From positions 473,222-505,221 of the forward strand of contig NZ_AP010872.1 in the NCBI RefSeq assembly GCF_000828515.1: DNA of 32,000 bases, read 5' to 3'. The position numbers and the translations under genes were made by a program. Under the pieces are notes generated by a model, which was not told the origin of the DNA, made no database searches, and saw only the letters and a program-made list of their open reading frames with translations. Each line of letters begins with the position of its first letter. The first letter of the stretch is position 1. Positions 13,005 to 24,391 of this stretch are shown here, one piece after another. Origin of the DNA: Candidatus Ishikawaella capsulata Mpkobe (GTDB taxonomy: Bacteria > Pseudomonadota > Gammaproteobacteria > Enterobacterales > Enterobacteriaceae).

Positions 13005-13310
13005 ATGGCACTTACAAAAGCTGAAATGTCAGAATATTTATTTAACAAAGTTGGGCTAAGTAAACGAGAAGCAAGATTATTAGTGAATCTTTTTTTTGAA
13101 GAAGTGAGATGTACTTTAGAGAAAGGTGAGACCGTTAAATTATCTGGATTTGGCAATTTTGATTTACGTAATAAAAATAAAAGACCAGGCAGAAATCCTA
13201 AAACCGGACTAGATATACCAATAACTGCACGTCGGGTAGTTACTTTTCGTCCCGGACATAAACTAAAAGTACGTATTGAAAAAGCTTTAACAAAGAATCA
13301 AATCAAATAA
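13005..13310 (+). CDS. ihfA: integration host factor alpha subunit
   Basis: The track start at 12996 is a TTG. I trimmed it to ATG 13005 ([13 protein letters not shown], identical to the E. coli IhfA N-terminus). Block [30 protein letters not shown] lies upstream. Confidence 0.96.
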   Translation: MALTKAEMSEYLFNKVGLSKREARLLVNLFFEEVRCTLEKGETVKLSGFGNFDLRNKNKRPGRNPKTGLDIPITARRVVTFRPGHKLKVRIEKALTKNQIK

Positions 13311-13410
13311 ATACTACAAGCAGAACGTGCTTAGTCAGAAAAACTTATAAGTAAGTTATTTTAATTCATATGAATAATATTTTTATTAAAATCAATGTAG
13401 TATTAATGTT

Positions 13411-14502
13411 TTATACATTAAATAAAAAATTGATGATATCTCCATCTTGTACAATATATTCTCTCCCTTCATATCTCATTTTACCAGCTTCTTTGGCACC
13501 TTTTTCACCTTTATAATCAATAAAATCTTTGAATGAGATGATCCTAGCCCTTATGAATCCTTTTTTAAAATCTTCATGAATTTTTCCAGCAGCATAAAGA
13601 GCTGTAGCACCTAAGGGAACAGTCCAAGCGCGCAATTCTTTTTTACCAACAGTAAAGTAAACTTGCAATCCTAGTAACTTATATCCATGGCGTATCAGAC
13701 AATTTATACAAGGTTCTTTTAAACCCATTGCTAACATAAATTGATGTCGTTCTGTTTTCGTTAATTTGACAATATCAGATTCAATCTTTGCACAGATTGG
13801 AACTACAACAGCATGTTCTTTTTGAGCAATAATATATAGTTGATCTAAATATGGATTATCCTGAAAACCATCTTCATTAATATTTGCAATATACATTATG
13901 GGTTTCAAAGTAAGAAGTTTTAACGGAGCAATAATTTTTTTTTCTGTATAACTTAACTCTAAAGAACGAAGCATATTTGACTTTTCTAAATGCCATAAGC
14001 ATTTTTCTAATACGTTAATTTCCTCTGTTATATTTTCCTTAACCTTTCTTTTGTTTTGCTGTAGACGATGTATTGATCGTTCACATATTTCTATATCAGA
14101 TAAAATTAATTCATTATTAACTACCTTAATATCTGCTATCGGATTTACCGCTCCAGAAATATGAATGATTTTTTCATCTTCAAAACAGCGTACTACATGG
14201 CCAATAGCTTCAGTATCACGAATATTATTTAAAAATTGATTACCTAAACCTTCTCCTTTATATGCACCCTTAACAAGTCCAGCAATATCCATAAATTTCA
14301 TAAAAGTAGGAACTATTTTTTGTGGTTGGACAATTGTGGCGATTTGATCAAGACGATAATCTGGTACTGATACTACACCCACATTAGGTTCAATAGTACA
14401 AAAAGGAAAATTATCGGTTTTGATATTGGCGTGAGTTAAAGCATTAAATATAGTGGATTTACCGACATTAGGCAATCCTATAATACTGCATTTAAATCCC
14501 AT
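13411..14502 (-). CDS. ychF: ribosome-binding ATPase YchF
   Basis: 363-aa ORF, same length as E. coli YchF. Starts [17 protein letters not shown], with the Obg-type G domain and a C-terminal TGS-like end [11 protein letters not shown]. Confidence 0.97.
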   Translation of the reverse strand: MGFKCSIIGLPNVGKSTIFNALTHANIKTDNFPFCTIEPNVGVVSVPDYRLDQIATIVQPQKIVPTFMKFMDIAGLVKGAYKGEGLGNQFLNNIRDTEAIGHVVRCFEDEKIIHISGAVNPIADIKVVNNELILSDIEICERSIHRLQQNKRKVKENITEEINVLEKCLWHLEKSNMLRSLELSYTEKKIIAPLKLLTLKPIMYIANINEDGFQDNPYLDQLYIIAQKEHAVVVPICAKIESDIVKLTKTERHQFMLAMGLKEPCINCLIRHGYKLLGLQVYFTVGKKELRAWTVPLGATALYAAGKIHEDFKKGFIRARIISFKDFIDYKGEKGAKEAGKMRYEGREYIVQDGDIINFLFNV

Positions 14503-14577
14503 GATAAATTACCTAAATAATTAATTTTATATAAAAGAACACGTTTATTACGTTACGTAATGAGTACAAAAGTATTT

Positions 14578-15159
14578 TTATAATAATGACTTAAAAGAAT
14601 TTAGATGATTCATAGCTTTTATATGCTCCTCTCTTAACCATAATTCTGTCGAAGATATAGCTACATGAATAGCCTCATCTATTTGTTTCTTTTCGTTAAG
14701 AGATGGATTTCCTAATACAAAATTAGCAATATCTTGATTTTTTCCAGGATGACCAATACCAATACGTAATCTATGGAAATCATTATGATTATTTAGATTG
14801 CTAATGATATCTCTTAAACCATTATGACCACCATGTCCTCCACCATGTTTAAATTTTGCCGTACCTGGTGGAAGATATAGTTCATCATGAGCAATTAAAA
14901 TTTTATTATATTCAATTTGGTAAAAATTGACTACAGCAGCTACTGATTTACCACTGCAATTCATAAATGTATTAGGAATTAGCAGTAATACACTTTCTCC
15001 ATATATATTTAAACATGCTATATCTCCAAAAAAATACTTTTTGCTTTTTAAAGATGCCTTATATACCAGACTTAATAGCTTTAGATACCATGCTCCAACA
15101 TTGTGACGAGTAAAAATATATTTTTTACCAGGATTAGCAAGTCCTATAATTAATTTCAT
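14578..15159 (-). CDS. pth: peptidyl-tRNA hydrolase
   Basis: 193-aa ORF. Blocks GLANPG, TRHNVGAW, GGGHGGHNGLRDI, HRLRIGIGHPG match E. coli Pth. Confidence 0.96.
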   Translation of the reverse strand: MKLIIGLANPGKKYIFTRHNVGAWYLKLLSLVYKASLKSKKYFFGDIACLNIYGESVLLLIPNTFMNCSGKSVAAVVNFYQIEYNKILIAHDELYLPPGTAKFKHGGGHGGHNGLRDIISNLNNHNDFHRLRIGIGHPGKNQDIANFVLGNPSLNEKKQIDEAIHVAISSTELWLREEHIKAMNHLNSFKSLL

Positions 15160-15252
15160 TTTATTTAATATTTCCTAGTCAATTTTTAATATATACTGTA
15201 TTAACTACACATTTAGTAATTATAAGTATATATTTTTATTTTCTTAGAAAAG

Positions 15253-16200
15253 CTAATGTTCAAACATAGCGGAAATAGATTCTTCGTTACTAATACGACG
15301 AATAGCTTCAGCTAACATACCTGATAGAGTTAAAGTTCGAACATTTGATAATGATTTTATTTCTTTAGATAGTGGAATGGTATCACAGGCTACAACTTCA
15401 TCGATCATAGATTTACGTAAATTATCCATAGCATTTCCAGAAAAAACCGGATGAGTGGCATAAGCAAAGACACGTTTAGCTCCATGCTCTTTTAAAGCTT
15501 CTGCAGCTTTGCAAAGTGTACTCCCCGTATCAATGATATCATCAACTAAAACACATTCTCTTCCTAGTACATCACCAATAACATGCATTACTTGAGATAT
15601 ATTGGCACGTGGACGTCTTTTATCTATGATCGCCATATCAGCATCATTAAGTAATTTGGCAATAGCTCTAGCTCTTATCACTCCACCAATATCTGGAGAT
15701 ACAACGATAGGGTTTTCTAGATTAAGTTCAAACATATCTTCTAAAAGAATGGGGCTTCCAAAAACATTATCTACAGGAATATCAAAAAAACCTTGAATTT
15801 GTTCTGAGTGTAAATCAACAGTTAATACTCTATCTACACCCACACTAGAAAGAAAATCTGCTACTATTTTTGCAGTTATTGGTACTCGAGCCGAACGCAC
15901 TCGTCGATCTTGACGCGCATAACCAAAATAAGGGATCACTGCTGTTATTCTACCAGCCGATGCACGACGTAATGCATCTATCATTACAACTAATTCTATT
16001 AAATTATCATTTGTTGGAGCACAAGTGGACTGGATTATAAATATGTCATCTCCTCTTACATTTTCATTTATTTGCACACTAATTTCTCCATCACTGAAAC
16101 GACTAACAGTAGCTTCACCTAATTGAGTATATAATCGCTTAGCAATGAGATTTGCTAGTTTTGGCGTGGCGTTTCCTGCAAATATCTTCATATCAGGCAT
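15253..16200 (-). CDS. prs: ribose-phosphate pyrophosphokinase
   Basis: 315-aa ORF with very high identity to E. coli Prs ([43 protein letters not shown]). Confidence 0.98.
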   Translation of the reverse strand: MPDMKIFAGNATPKLANLIAKRLYTQLGEATVSRFSDGEISVQINENVRGDDIFIIQSTCAPTNDNLIELVVMIDALRRASAGRITAVIPYFGYARQDRRVRSARVPITAKIVADFLSSVGVDRVLTVDLHSEQIQGFFDIPVDNVFGSPILLEDMFELNLENPIVVSPDIGGVIRARAIAKLLNDADMAIIDKRRPRANISQVMHVIGDVLGRECVLVDDIIDTGSTLCKAAEALKEHGAKRVFAYATHPVFSGNAMDNLRKSMIDEVVACDTIPLSKEIKSLSNVRTLTLSGMLAEAIRRISNEESISAMFEH

Positions 16201-16325
16201 TATAATAACCTTAATTAAAAAAATAAATACGCTTCTAGGGTAAGGTAAGAATCCTAAATAAAGTTAAAGAGCATGTATAAATTTGTTTTATTGTATTATA
16301 GTTAGTAAGCATTTAGTAATATTCT

Positions 16326-17054
16326 ATGCAAAAATATTTGGTAATCTATAACTGTACGCCACAAATACCTTTATCCATTTAGGCACTCTGTTGATAACAT
16401 TAATAACAGAAGTTTTATTAGCAAACTGATAAAAATTCAATAACAGGGTCCCTGTTAGTCTCGTCTCTATGAGATATGCACTCAAATTGTTTATAAATGA
16501 GATGAAAACGTTTTATTAGCACATATTTACATATCATTACTAAAAATTTGTAATCATTTCTCTAATGAGCAAATAGGAGAATACCTAATTAAGTTAGGAT
16601 AATTAAAAATATTTTGCTTATATATATTAATATTTAGATTTGTTATTGAAGACCAATTTTCCACTAATGTTACCGTTTGTAGCTTTTATCCAATACCTTA
16701 TGCAAAATCCGCAGTACCTGTTATAAAAAAAGTAATTATATTTGCTAGTTTCTGCAATGGATTAGTATACCATAGTTTATTTAGTAACACAGTGGCAGCA
16801 TTAGAAGACCATCCTCAAAGTCCACCTCCTCTTGGTAAGTATCTTGTATTTGGCAAACATTATAAATGTTTAGCAGTTTTTATTAATAGCTCTGCAGCAT
16901 TAATAATGATATTCTCTTGAGTTTTTATGCCATTTATAGTAATTATTTTAAGATAACAATTACTATTAGTAGGCATTATATGTAATAATATCACCATAAT
17001 TAAGAAACTGAAAGATAGTTTGTAGATGATAGCCATCATCTTGTGGACTACCAT
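16326..17054 (-). pseudogene. ispE: decayed 4-diphosphocytidyl-2-C-methyl-D-erythritol kinase gene (ispE pseudogene)
   Basis: A single minus-strand frame is collinear with IspE but has at least 12 in-frame stops. Recognisable blocks: [38 protein letters not shown] (GHMP motif, TGA at 16815..16817); ECLNG* at 16374..16388. It occupies the position between prs and prfA that ispE holds in E. coli. The low-coordinate boundary is approximate. Confidence 0.85.
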
Positions 17055-17232
17055 TAAGGTATAACCAATATATTATCATTTTATAATAAAAATTAAGTTA
17101 ATATTATCTTTTAATGTTATATGTGTTAAGCATATTTAATAAATAAAATTTTATTAAAACAATGTATTTTTCATCCATATATTTATATATAATATTAGGA
17201 TAATTTTGAGCTATAAGGAAAATAATAACATT

Positions 17233-18309
17233 ATGAAAGTATCTATTCTTTCTAAGCTAGAAGCACTTCAGGAACGCTATAAAGAAATAGAATTGTTGTT
17301 GAGTGATGCTAATGTGATTGCTAATCAAAAATACTTTAAGATACTTTCGCGTGAATATGTTCAATTGAATGATATTATAACTCATTTTAGTGCGTGGCAA
17401 GAATTACAAAAAAATATAGCCACTGTAAAGTTATTAATAGCAGATCCTGAGGTAAGTGAAATTGCTGATGAAGAACTAAAAGATCTATTAAAAAAAAATG
17501 AGAGCATAGAACATCAAATACAACTGCTTTTATTACCAAAAGATTCTGAAGATGAATACCCTTGTTTTATTGAAATACGTGCCGGGACAGGAGGAAATGA
17601 AGCTGCGATATTCGTAGGTGATCTTTTTCGCATGTATAGTCGGTATGCTGAAGAACGTTCTTGGAATGTAGATATTCTAAACGTTAGTGAAGGAGAACAA
17701 GGTGGTTATAAAGAAATAATTGCTAAAATAAATGGTAATGGTGCTTATGGTCGTCTCAAATTTGAATCAGGAGGTCATAGGGTTCAGAGAGTGCCAGAAA
17801 CTGAATCCCAAGGTCGTATCCATACTTCAGCATGTACAGTAGCAGTTATTCCTGAATTGCCAGAAGCAGATTTACCTGAAATTAATATGAGTGATTTAAA
17901 AATTGATACTTTTCGATCTTCAGGTGCTGGTGGGCAACATGTAAATACGACGGATTCAGCTATTCGTGTAACTCATATACCCACAGGTATTGTAGTAGAA
18001 TGTCAAGATGAACGTTCTCAACATAAAAATAAAGCTAAAGCCATAAAAGTCCTAAGTAATCGTATTTATGCTATTGAAAAAGCAAAGCGTCAAGCTCAAA
18101 AAGCTTCTCAACGTCGTAATTTATTAGGTAGTGGAGATAGATCTGATAGAATTAGAACTTATAATTTTCCTCAAAGTCGAGTCACGGATCATCGTATTAA
18201 TCTTACTATTTATCAATTAGATGAAATAATGAATGGTCGGCTTGATAATATCATCAAACCTATATTACAAGAGCATAAAGCAGATCAATTATTTGAATAT
18301 GAACAATGA
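17233..18309 (+). CDS. prfA: peptide chain release factor 1
   Basis: The track start at 17206 is a TTG. I trimmed it to ATG 17233 ([12 protein letters not shown] vs E. coli MKPSIVAKLEAL). PET tripeptide context ([17 protein letters not shown]) and the GGQ motif ([15 protein letters not shown]) are present. Confidence 0.97.
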   Translation: MKVSILSKLEALQERYKEIELLLSDANVIANQKYFKILSREYVQLNDIITHFSAWQELQKNIATVKLLIADPEVSEIADEELKDLLKKNESIEHQIQLLLLPKDSEDEYPCFIEIRAGTGGNEAAIFVGDLFRMYSRYAEERSWNVDILNVSEGEQGGYKEIIAKINGNGAYGRLKFESGGHRVQRVPETESQGRIHTSACTVAVIPELPEADLPEINMSDLKIDTFRSSGAGGQHVNTTDSAIRVTHIPTGIVVECQDERSQHKNKAKAIKVLSNRIYAIEKAKRQAQKASQRRNLLGSGDRSDRIRTYNFPQSRVTDHRINLTIYQLDEIMNGRLDNIIKPILQEHKADQLFEYEQ

Positions 18310-19130
18310 ATATTAAATCTTGGCTTAACTATGCCAAAACAATATTAATGAGTGAATCTTCATATCGTGATGCAGAAATTTTACTAAGTCATATCTTAGG
18401 TAAATCACGCACTTGGTTAATGGCTTTTAATGATCACTTGTTAACTTTTGATCAATTAATAGCTCTTGATTCCATACTTTTTAGAAGAGCAAAAGGAGAA
18501 CCTATCGCTTATTTGTTGGGTCAACGTGAGTTTTGGTCTTTGTCTTTTCATGTTAATAATTCTACAATGATACCTCGTCCAGATACAGAAATATTAGTAG
18601 AACTATCTCTATTACATATGCCTTCATTTCCCGCCAGATTACTTGATCTTGGTACTGGTACAGGTGCTATTGCTTTAGCAATAAAAAGCGAACGTCCTGA
18701 CTGTATAATTATAGGAATTGATATAATTAAAGCCGCGATATCATTAGCACAATATAATGCTATACGATTAAATTTAAATGCTTATTTTTTACAAAGTAAT
18801 TGGTTTTCAAAATTACCCCCAGGACAATTTGACGTGATTGTTAGTAATCCTCCTTATATTGATATTAATGATCCTTACTTGAAAAAAGGCGATGTTAGGT
18901 TTGAACCACCCAGTGCTTTAGTTGCTCCGGAAATGGGTTTAATGCACTTGCGTTATATAATTAATCAATCTTCTAATTGGCTTAAATCTGGTGGTTGGCT
19001 GTTATTAGAACATGGTTGGCAACAGGGTAAGCAAGTATATAACCTATTTCGTGAACAGAAGTATTTTGATATTAATACATATGAAGATTATTCAGGATAT
19101 AATCGGGTTACTTTAGGACGTAAGTATTAA
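18306..19130 (+). CDS. prmC: release factor glutamine N5-methyltransferase
   Basis: 274-aa ORF whose ATG overlaps the prfA TGA (ATGA). Blocks [26 protein letters not shown] and the NPPY motif (VSNPPYI). Confidence 0.95.
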   Translation: MNIKSWLNYAKTILMSESSYRDAEILLSHILGKSRTWLMAFNDHLLTFDQLIALDSILFRRAKGEPIAYLLGQREFWSLSFHVNNSTMIPRPDTEILVELSLLHMPSFPARLLDLGTGTGAIALAIKSERPDCIIIGIDIIKAAISLAQYNAIRLNLNAYFLQSNWFSKLPPGQFDVIVSNPPYIDINDPYLKKGDVRFEPPSALVAPEMGLMHLRYIINQSSNWLKSGGWLLLEHGWQQGKQVYNLFREQKYFDINTYEDYSGYNRVTLGRKY

Positions 19131-19208
19131 ATAAATATTTCTATGTCAATGTTGGTAACATACATAACATCATTATGTTGATTCTTTAATCAGATTAGAG
19201 ATAAAATT

Positions 19209-20144
19209 ATGAATAAAAATACAGAAAAATTAAAAAAAAATCTGAAAAATCAAACAGTGTCAATAGTAAATAACCCAATACACAACACTTATCCTGCACC
19301 ACCATTCATATCTCAACAACAAGATGCTCCAGGTCTGGTAAGTAAAATGATTCCCCGTCCAGATCATGGTGAACAAAGCTACAAAGGTAGTAATCGTTTA
19401 TTAGGTAAAAAAGCTCTAATTACTGGTGGTGATTCTGGTATAGGACGAGCGGTTGCCATTGCCTATGCACGTGAAGGAGCAGACGTCGCTATTAATTATT
19501 TACCAGAAGAAGAATCGGATGCTCAAGAAGTAAAAGAGCTAATTTTAGCTGAAGGAGGTCAAGCTATAACTATTCCTGGAGATATAACTAGTGAAGCATT
19601 TTGCCAAAATTTAGTTCATAATGCTGCTAAGCAAATGTGTGGATTAGACATCTTAGTTAATAATGCCGCACACCAACAGTATTCTAGGTCACTAGCTGAA
19701 CTAACTACAGAATCTTTCGATCGAACTTTCAAAACTAATGTCTATGCCATGTTTTGGATAACAAAAACAGCTTTAGAATACTTAAAAGCAGGATCATGTA
19801 TCATTAATACTTCTTCAGTTCAAGCAAATAAACCCAGCGCTATTTTACTGGATTATGCTCAAACAAAAGCAGCTATTATAGCTTTTACTAAAGGATTAGC
19901 TAAACAACTGGCAGAACAAAATATACGGGTTAATGCAGTCGCTCCAGGACCTTACTGGACACCATTACAATCAAGCGGTGGGCAGCCACTAGAAAAACTA
20001 ATAATTTTTGGTCAGCAAACTCCTTATGGTCGCCCTGGTCAGCCAGCAGAAATTGCAACTATTTATGTTACTTTGGCTTCTAAAGAAGCTAGTTATACTT
20101 CTGGACAAATATGGGGTTCTGATGGTGGGAATGGAATTTTTTAA
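19209..20144 (+). CDS. short-chain dehydrogenase/reductase, YghA-like
   Basis: 311-aa ORF collinear with E. coli YghA as remembered (KALITGGDSGIGRAVAIAYAREGADVAINYLP, LDYAQTKAAI, IRVNAVAPGP.WT). It has the TGxxxGIG cofactor motif and the YxxxK catalytic motif. The N-terminus is about 17 aa longer than YghA, so the start is less certain. Confidence 0.85.
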   Translation: MNKNTEKLKKNLKNQTVSIVNNPIHNTYPAPPFISQQQDAPGLVSKMIPRPDHGEQSYKGSNRLLGKKALITGGDSGIGRAVAIAYAREGADVAINYLPEEESDAQEVKELILAEGGQAITIPGDITSEAFCQNLVHNAAKQMCGLDILVNNAAHQQYSRSLAELTTESFDRTFKTNVYAMFWITKTALEYLKAGSCIINTSSVQANKPSAILLDYAQTKAAIIAFTKGLAKQLAEQNIRVNAVAPGPYWTPLQSSGGQPLEKLIIFGQQTPYGRPGQPAEIATIYVTLASKEASYTSGQIWGSDGGNGIF

Positions 20145-20227
20145 TTTTTTATGTAATTTATTTTAACTTAGTTATATATCGAACAGTAATATTTAATTTA
20201 TTAATTGAATATACTATTTTGAACAGC

Positions 20228-21208
20228 TTATTCTTCTATTTTTAACATTAAACCAGCTCGTTGACCAATAGATACATTTGGATTTGGGAAAATAATATAT
20301 TCATGATCTTGCTGTACAAAATAACGAGTTAAACCATCTTCTGCGAGTAAAGTATTTTGCCTAAATGAAGTAAAATTAAGAGTATTATTTGACATATGTA
20401 GTACAAACTTTTTACTAAGTTTAATTAGTTGCTGGGTAACTCTATAATGTTGAGGAATTATATTGAATTGTTTTAATATAGTGCCATAAGAAAGCAATCG
20501 ACTTAATGCAATATATGTTATATTAATTTGGGCTAGATTATTTTTACCAAAAGGTTTTGCTGTTCCTAATTCTAATGTACAGCTATTTGAATTAAAAATT
20601 TCACAACTAAAATTAGTAAAAGTATTGCTAGACATAGATTGAAATACTAATGCTTCTAAGCCAGCTGCTGTTAACCAATCTAAAAAATTTTTGGAATACA
20701 TATCTTTTTTGAGAGGTAAAATTCCAAAATTAGTATGATATGATCTCCGCAGAGCGGTATGTAGATCAATATGCCAACGTATCTTCTTAGCACTATTTTT
20801 CCAAAATTCTTTAATAACTTCTTCTAATTGCTTAGCACGTCTATTTTCTTGGTGTTTATCCATTTTATAGCAGTTTATTCCAAATAGACGATTTATATCA
20901 TAATCAACAAAACGTTTTCCTATTCTTAAGGCGGCAGGATTACCTAAAATAACTAAAAGGTGAAAATATAAAGGTTGTTTACCATGTATTAAAGTATTCA
21001 ATACTTTATTTAACATTTCTACTGGTGCTGTTTCATTTCCATGAAGCCCACAAGATATTACCATTGTTTGTTGTGTTATATTATTATGCGGTATTAATTC
21101 TAAAACACCTTCATCCCACCATTTCCACTTTAAGAAAGTATTTTCGTTACATTTTATTATAGGAACTTTTCCTGATAAAGTTTGTTGTAAAAAATCCCAT
21201 ATTTCCAT
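20228..21208 (-). CDS. astE: succinylglutamate desuccinylase / aspartoacylase family zinc hydrolase (AstE-like)
   Basis: Collinear with E. coli AstE (GVLELIPH, ISCGLHGNETAPVEM, LLVILGNPAAL, WHIDLHTA, CTLELG, LFPNPNVSIGQRAGLML). The track start is 21226. I prefer ATG 21208 (MEIWDFLQQTLSGK vs MDNFLALTLTGK), which has AGAGGA upstream. Confidence 0.88.
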   Translation of the reverse strand: MEIWDFLQQTLSGKVPIIKCNENTFLKWKWWDEGVLELIPHNNITQQTMVISCGLHGNETAPVEMLNKVLNTLIHGKQPLYFHLLVILGNPAALRIGKRFVDYDINRLFGINCYKMDKHQENRRAKQLEEVIKEFWKNSAKKIRWHIDLHTALRRSYHTNFGILPLKKDMYSKNFLDWLTAAGLEALVFQSMSSNTFTNFSCEIFNSNSCTLELGTAKPFGKNNLAQINITYIALSRLLSYGTILKQFNIIPQHYRVTQQLIKLSKKFVLHMSNNTLNFTSFRQNTLLAEDGLTRYFVQQDHEYIIFPNPNVSIGQRAGLMLKIEE

Positions 21209-21346
21209 AAATTCCTCTATTATCATATAATAAATAGTCCAAGCACTAATGAATTCAAATAATCTTCTTAAAGACGCATACTTAGTAATAGATGTTATTA
21301 AATATGATTTTTATGAATGCTAGATTAGTGATATATTTACTGTCTG

Positions 21347-22807
21347 TTATTCCGGTTTAGAATTGGGTAACTTACAAGCAATCCATAATGTTATAAGAGA
21401 GGTTAACAAACCTACTATAAATACTCTATGAAGAGATAACGCTACTTGACTGACCACTTTTTCTAGATCATTTATAGATAATAAATGTCGATAATCTACT
21501 GATATAATCTGCTTTATAGGATCGTGTATTTCAGGCAAAAGCCGTACGAGATTGTAATGAAGTACTGCTCCCATTAATGCTGTTCCTAGTGCCGAACCAA
21601 AAATACGACTAAACATTATAGAAGCAGTACAAATACCACGCACATTCTGATGGGTATGATTTTGCACTGATACGACAAAAGTCGTACTAATAGTTCCCAT
21701 ACCCATTCCAACAATAAATGTCTTTAATCCCAATTGTATTAATGAAGTTTTTGTATTTATTAATACTAGTAGAATACTACCAGTAATGAGTAATACAGAA
21801 CCTATCTGAGCACTAAAACGATATGAGGTATTGTGCATTAAAGGACCACTTAAGTTACTAGCTAATGACCATCCTATAGACATCATTGCAAGTATTAATC
21901 CTACGTTTACTAATGTACCATTTGCAATTCCTTGAATCCAAGTGGGGAGAAAAGAAGTAACTCCCATCATGACTACACCAATAATTACGTTGCCAATATT
22001 ACACAAGTAAATAGCACTATTTTGCCATATAATATATGGAAATACAGGTACCTTAGCAGTTTGTTCATTATGTTTAAACATTAAACCTGCAACTAGTGAT
22101 ATTATCAACAATAATAACATCCAATATCCTAATTGGTTATTTTGTAACACCGCAATTAACAAGGAACTAATACATACTACTAACAACAAACATCCGGATA
22201 AATTTAAATGATCTATTTTAGTAACTTTATAATCCGGTAACCAATATATTAATATTAATATAGCAACCAAACCAATAGGAACATTAATTAAAAACACAAT
22301 CGACCACTTGAAATTGTGTAATAACCAAGCACTTATTAAGGGACCTATTATAGCTGATATTCCCCAAACTGTAGACGTCATACCTTGTAGACGAGCTCTT
22401 TGTGTGACACGATAAAGATCGGCAATAATAGTAACACTTAAGGGCATTATAGCTCCAGCTCCTAATCCCTGAAATGCTCGACAACATATTAAGCCGACAA
22501 TTGTATTGCATAAACTACATGATACAGATCCTGTAAGAAAAATAGAAATACCTATTATAAAGATTATTTTACGTCCTAACATATCTGCTAATCGACCATA
22601 AAGAGGTATACTTACCGCTTGTGTTAGAAGATAAACGCAAACAATCCATCCAAAATTAACAAAAGCACCCATCTTAGTTATAATCGTGGGCAATGCTGTA
22701 GACACAACAGTTACTTCAACAGAAGACATAAATACTGTGAGCAGACATGCAATTAAGATCCAACGACGATCTCTATCTTTTAACTGAAGATATGGGTTGT
22801 TATTCAT
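21347..22807 (-). CDS. MFS transporter, DHA2 (EmrB/QacA-like, 14-TMS) type
   Basis: 486-aa hydrophobic ORF with DHA2-like blocks (SVEVTVVSTALPTI, GRLADMLGRK, FQGLGAGAIMP, FLINVPIG). The substrate cannot be inferred. Confidence 0.8.
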   Translation of the reverse strand: MNNNPYLQLKDRDRRWILIACLLTVFMSSVEVTVVSTALPTIITKMGAFVNFGWIVCVYLLTQAVSIPLYGRLADMLGRKIIFIIGISIFLTGSVSCSLCNTIVGLICCRAFQGLGAGAIMPLSVTIIADLYRVTQRARLQGMTSTVWGISAIIGPLISAWLLHNFKWSIVFLINVPIGLVAILILIYWLPDYKVTKIDHLNLSGCLLLVVCISSLLIAVLQNNQLGYWMLLLLIISLVAGLMFKHNEQTAKVPVFPYIIWQNSAIYLCNIGNVIIGVVMMGVTSFLPTWIQGIANGTLVNVGLILAMMSIGWSLASNLSGPLMHNTSYRFSAQIGSVLLITGSILLVLINTKTSLIQLGLKTFIVGMGMGTISTTFVVSVQNHTHQNVRGICTASIMFSRIFGSALGTALMGAVLHYNLVRLLPEIHDPIKQIISVDYRHLLSINDLEKVVSQVALSLHRVFIVGLLTSLITLWIACKLPNSKPE

Positions 22808-22987
22808 TTTTTTGCCTTGTTCAGAGCTAGTAATACAATATATATATGTTTATTTTATATCGCTAATTATAGTAATAATATTTGTTTAACTATTATCAGA
22901 AAAATTATACAACTTCCATTATAGCAATATATTAATTATAAGTGCATATCTAATAAATATATAAGCATAATAAACTATAAAAATTTT

Positions 22988-24391
22988 TTAATTAATATCT
23001 TTCTCCCCCACCATCTTGTCTACAGAAACCCACTCGTCAAATTGCTGTTCCGTGAGATAACCTAATTTTACAGCGGAAGTTTTTAAACTTAAGTTCTCTT
23101 TATGAGCTTTTTTAGCTATTTCTGCTGCTTTATCATATCCAATATAAGGTGTTAAAGCAGTAACTAGCATCAGTGATCTATTAAGTAAATAATTAATATT
23201 ATTTATATTGGGTTTAATACCAATAGCACAGTAGCCATTAAAGCTCTTAATACCATCAGCTAATAATCTAACTGATTGTAAGAAATTATAAATAATCATC
23301 GGTCTAAATACATTTAGTTCAAAATTTCCAGAAGCTCCTCCTATGTTAATAGAAACATCATTGCCCATAACTTGACAACAAATCATTGTCATTGCTTCAC
23401 ATTGAGTAGGATTTATCTTTCCTGGCATAATTGAACTACCTGGTTCATTTTCTGGTATTAAAATTTCTCCAATACCACAACGTGGTCCAGAAGCAAGCCA
23501 ACGTATATCATTAGCAATTTTCATCAAAGAAGCGGCTAAAGTTTTCAATGAACCGTGAGTATATACTAAGGCATCACATGTAGCTAAAGCGGCAAATTTA
23601 TTTTTGGCAGGAACGAATTTTTCTCCTGTAAGATCTCTTAAAACCTTTACTGTTCTCTCAGAATATTCTGGATGTGTATTTAAACCCGTTCCTACTGCAG
23701 TACCTCCTAATGCCAATTCATAAATATATGGTAGGCTGGTTTTTATATATTGTAAATTATGATTCAGCATAGATACCCAACCGGATATTTCCTGTCCTAA
23801 CGTTAATGGTATAGCATCTTGTAAATGTGTGCGGCCTACTTTCACAATATTTTTAAAGTTTTGTGCTTTTTTATGGAACGTACTAATCAAAAGATTAATT
23901 TGAGGAATAAGTTCTTTATGCAATGACATGACACTAGCAATATGCATAGCCGTAGGAAAAACATCGTTTGAACTTTGACCCCTATTAACATCATCATTTG
24001 GATGTACTAAACGTAACATACCGCGTTGACCGCCTAGTATTTCACTAGCACGATTGGCAATAACCTCATTCATATTCATATTAGTTTGAGTACCAGAACC
24101 TGTTTGCCAAATGACTAATGGAAAATTACTGAAGTCTTCATTATCCAGTATTTCATCGATTGCTTTAATAATAGCAGATGATTTTTCATAAGATAATAAA
24201 CCAAGATCATAGTTAACCATAGCAGCTGCACGTTTAGTTAACGCTAGAGCATATATTAAAATATTAGGCATTTTTTCATGGGAAATTCTAAAATGCTCTA
24301 GCGCACGCTGAGTTTGCGCACCCCATAATTTATCATTGGGAACAGATATCTCCCCCATTGAATCTCTTTCAATACGGTTATTCATCAACAT
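22988..24391 (-). CDS. fumC: class II fumarate hydratase
   Basis: Collinear with E. coli FumC ([41 protein letters not shown] signature). The track start at 24424 is a TTG. ATG 24391 has AAGGA 7 nt upstream and gives 467 aa, the E. coli length. ATG 24385 is also possible. Confidence 0.95.
   Translation of the reverse strand: MLMNNRIERDSMGEISVPNDKLWGAQTQRALEHFRISHEKMPNILIYALALTKRAAAMVNYDLGLLSYEKSSAIIKAIDEILDNEDFSNFPLVIWQTGSGTQTNMNMNEVIANRASEILGGQRGMLRLVHPNDDVNRGQSSNDVFPTAMHIASVMSLHKELIPQINLLISTFHKKAQNFKNIVKVGRTHLQDAIPLTLGQEISGWVSMLNHNLQYIKTSLPYIYELALGGTAVGTGLNTHPEYSERTVKVLRDLTGEKFVPAKNKFAALATCDALVYTHGSLKTLAASLMKIANDIRWLASGPRCGIGEILIPENEPGSSIMPGKINPTQCEAMTMICCQVMGNDVSINIGGASGNFELNVFRPMIIYNFLQSVRLLADGIKSFNGYCAIGIKPNINNINYLLNRSLMLVTALTPYIGYDKAAEIAKKAHKENLSLKTSAVKLGYLTEQQFDEWVSVDKMVGEKDIN

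Noticed and set aside
13342-13357. Hairpin AACTTA-TAAG-TAAGTT followed by ATTTT after ihfA, as a terminator
   Set aside because: The stem is only 6 bp with a single G-C pair, too weak to call. I noted it as the only candidate in the convergent ihfA/ychF spacer.
16441-16457. 17-bp palindrome TAACAGGG-T-CCCTGTTA upstream of prs
   Set aside because: It lies inside the ispE pseudogene at the position encoding the TGTGAC-like block. It is probably residual coding sequence (GGx/xCC codons) rather than an operator, and it does not resemble a PurR box.
16860-17054. 64-aa track ORF as a stand-alone small gene
   Set aside because: It is the N-terminal fragment of the decayed ispE reading frame ([16 protein letters not shown] block). 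Homology continues past its stop codon.
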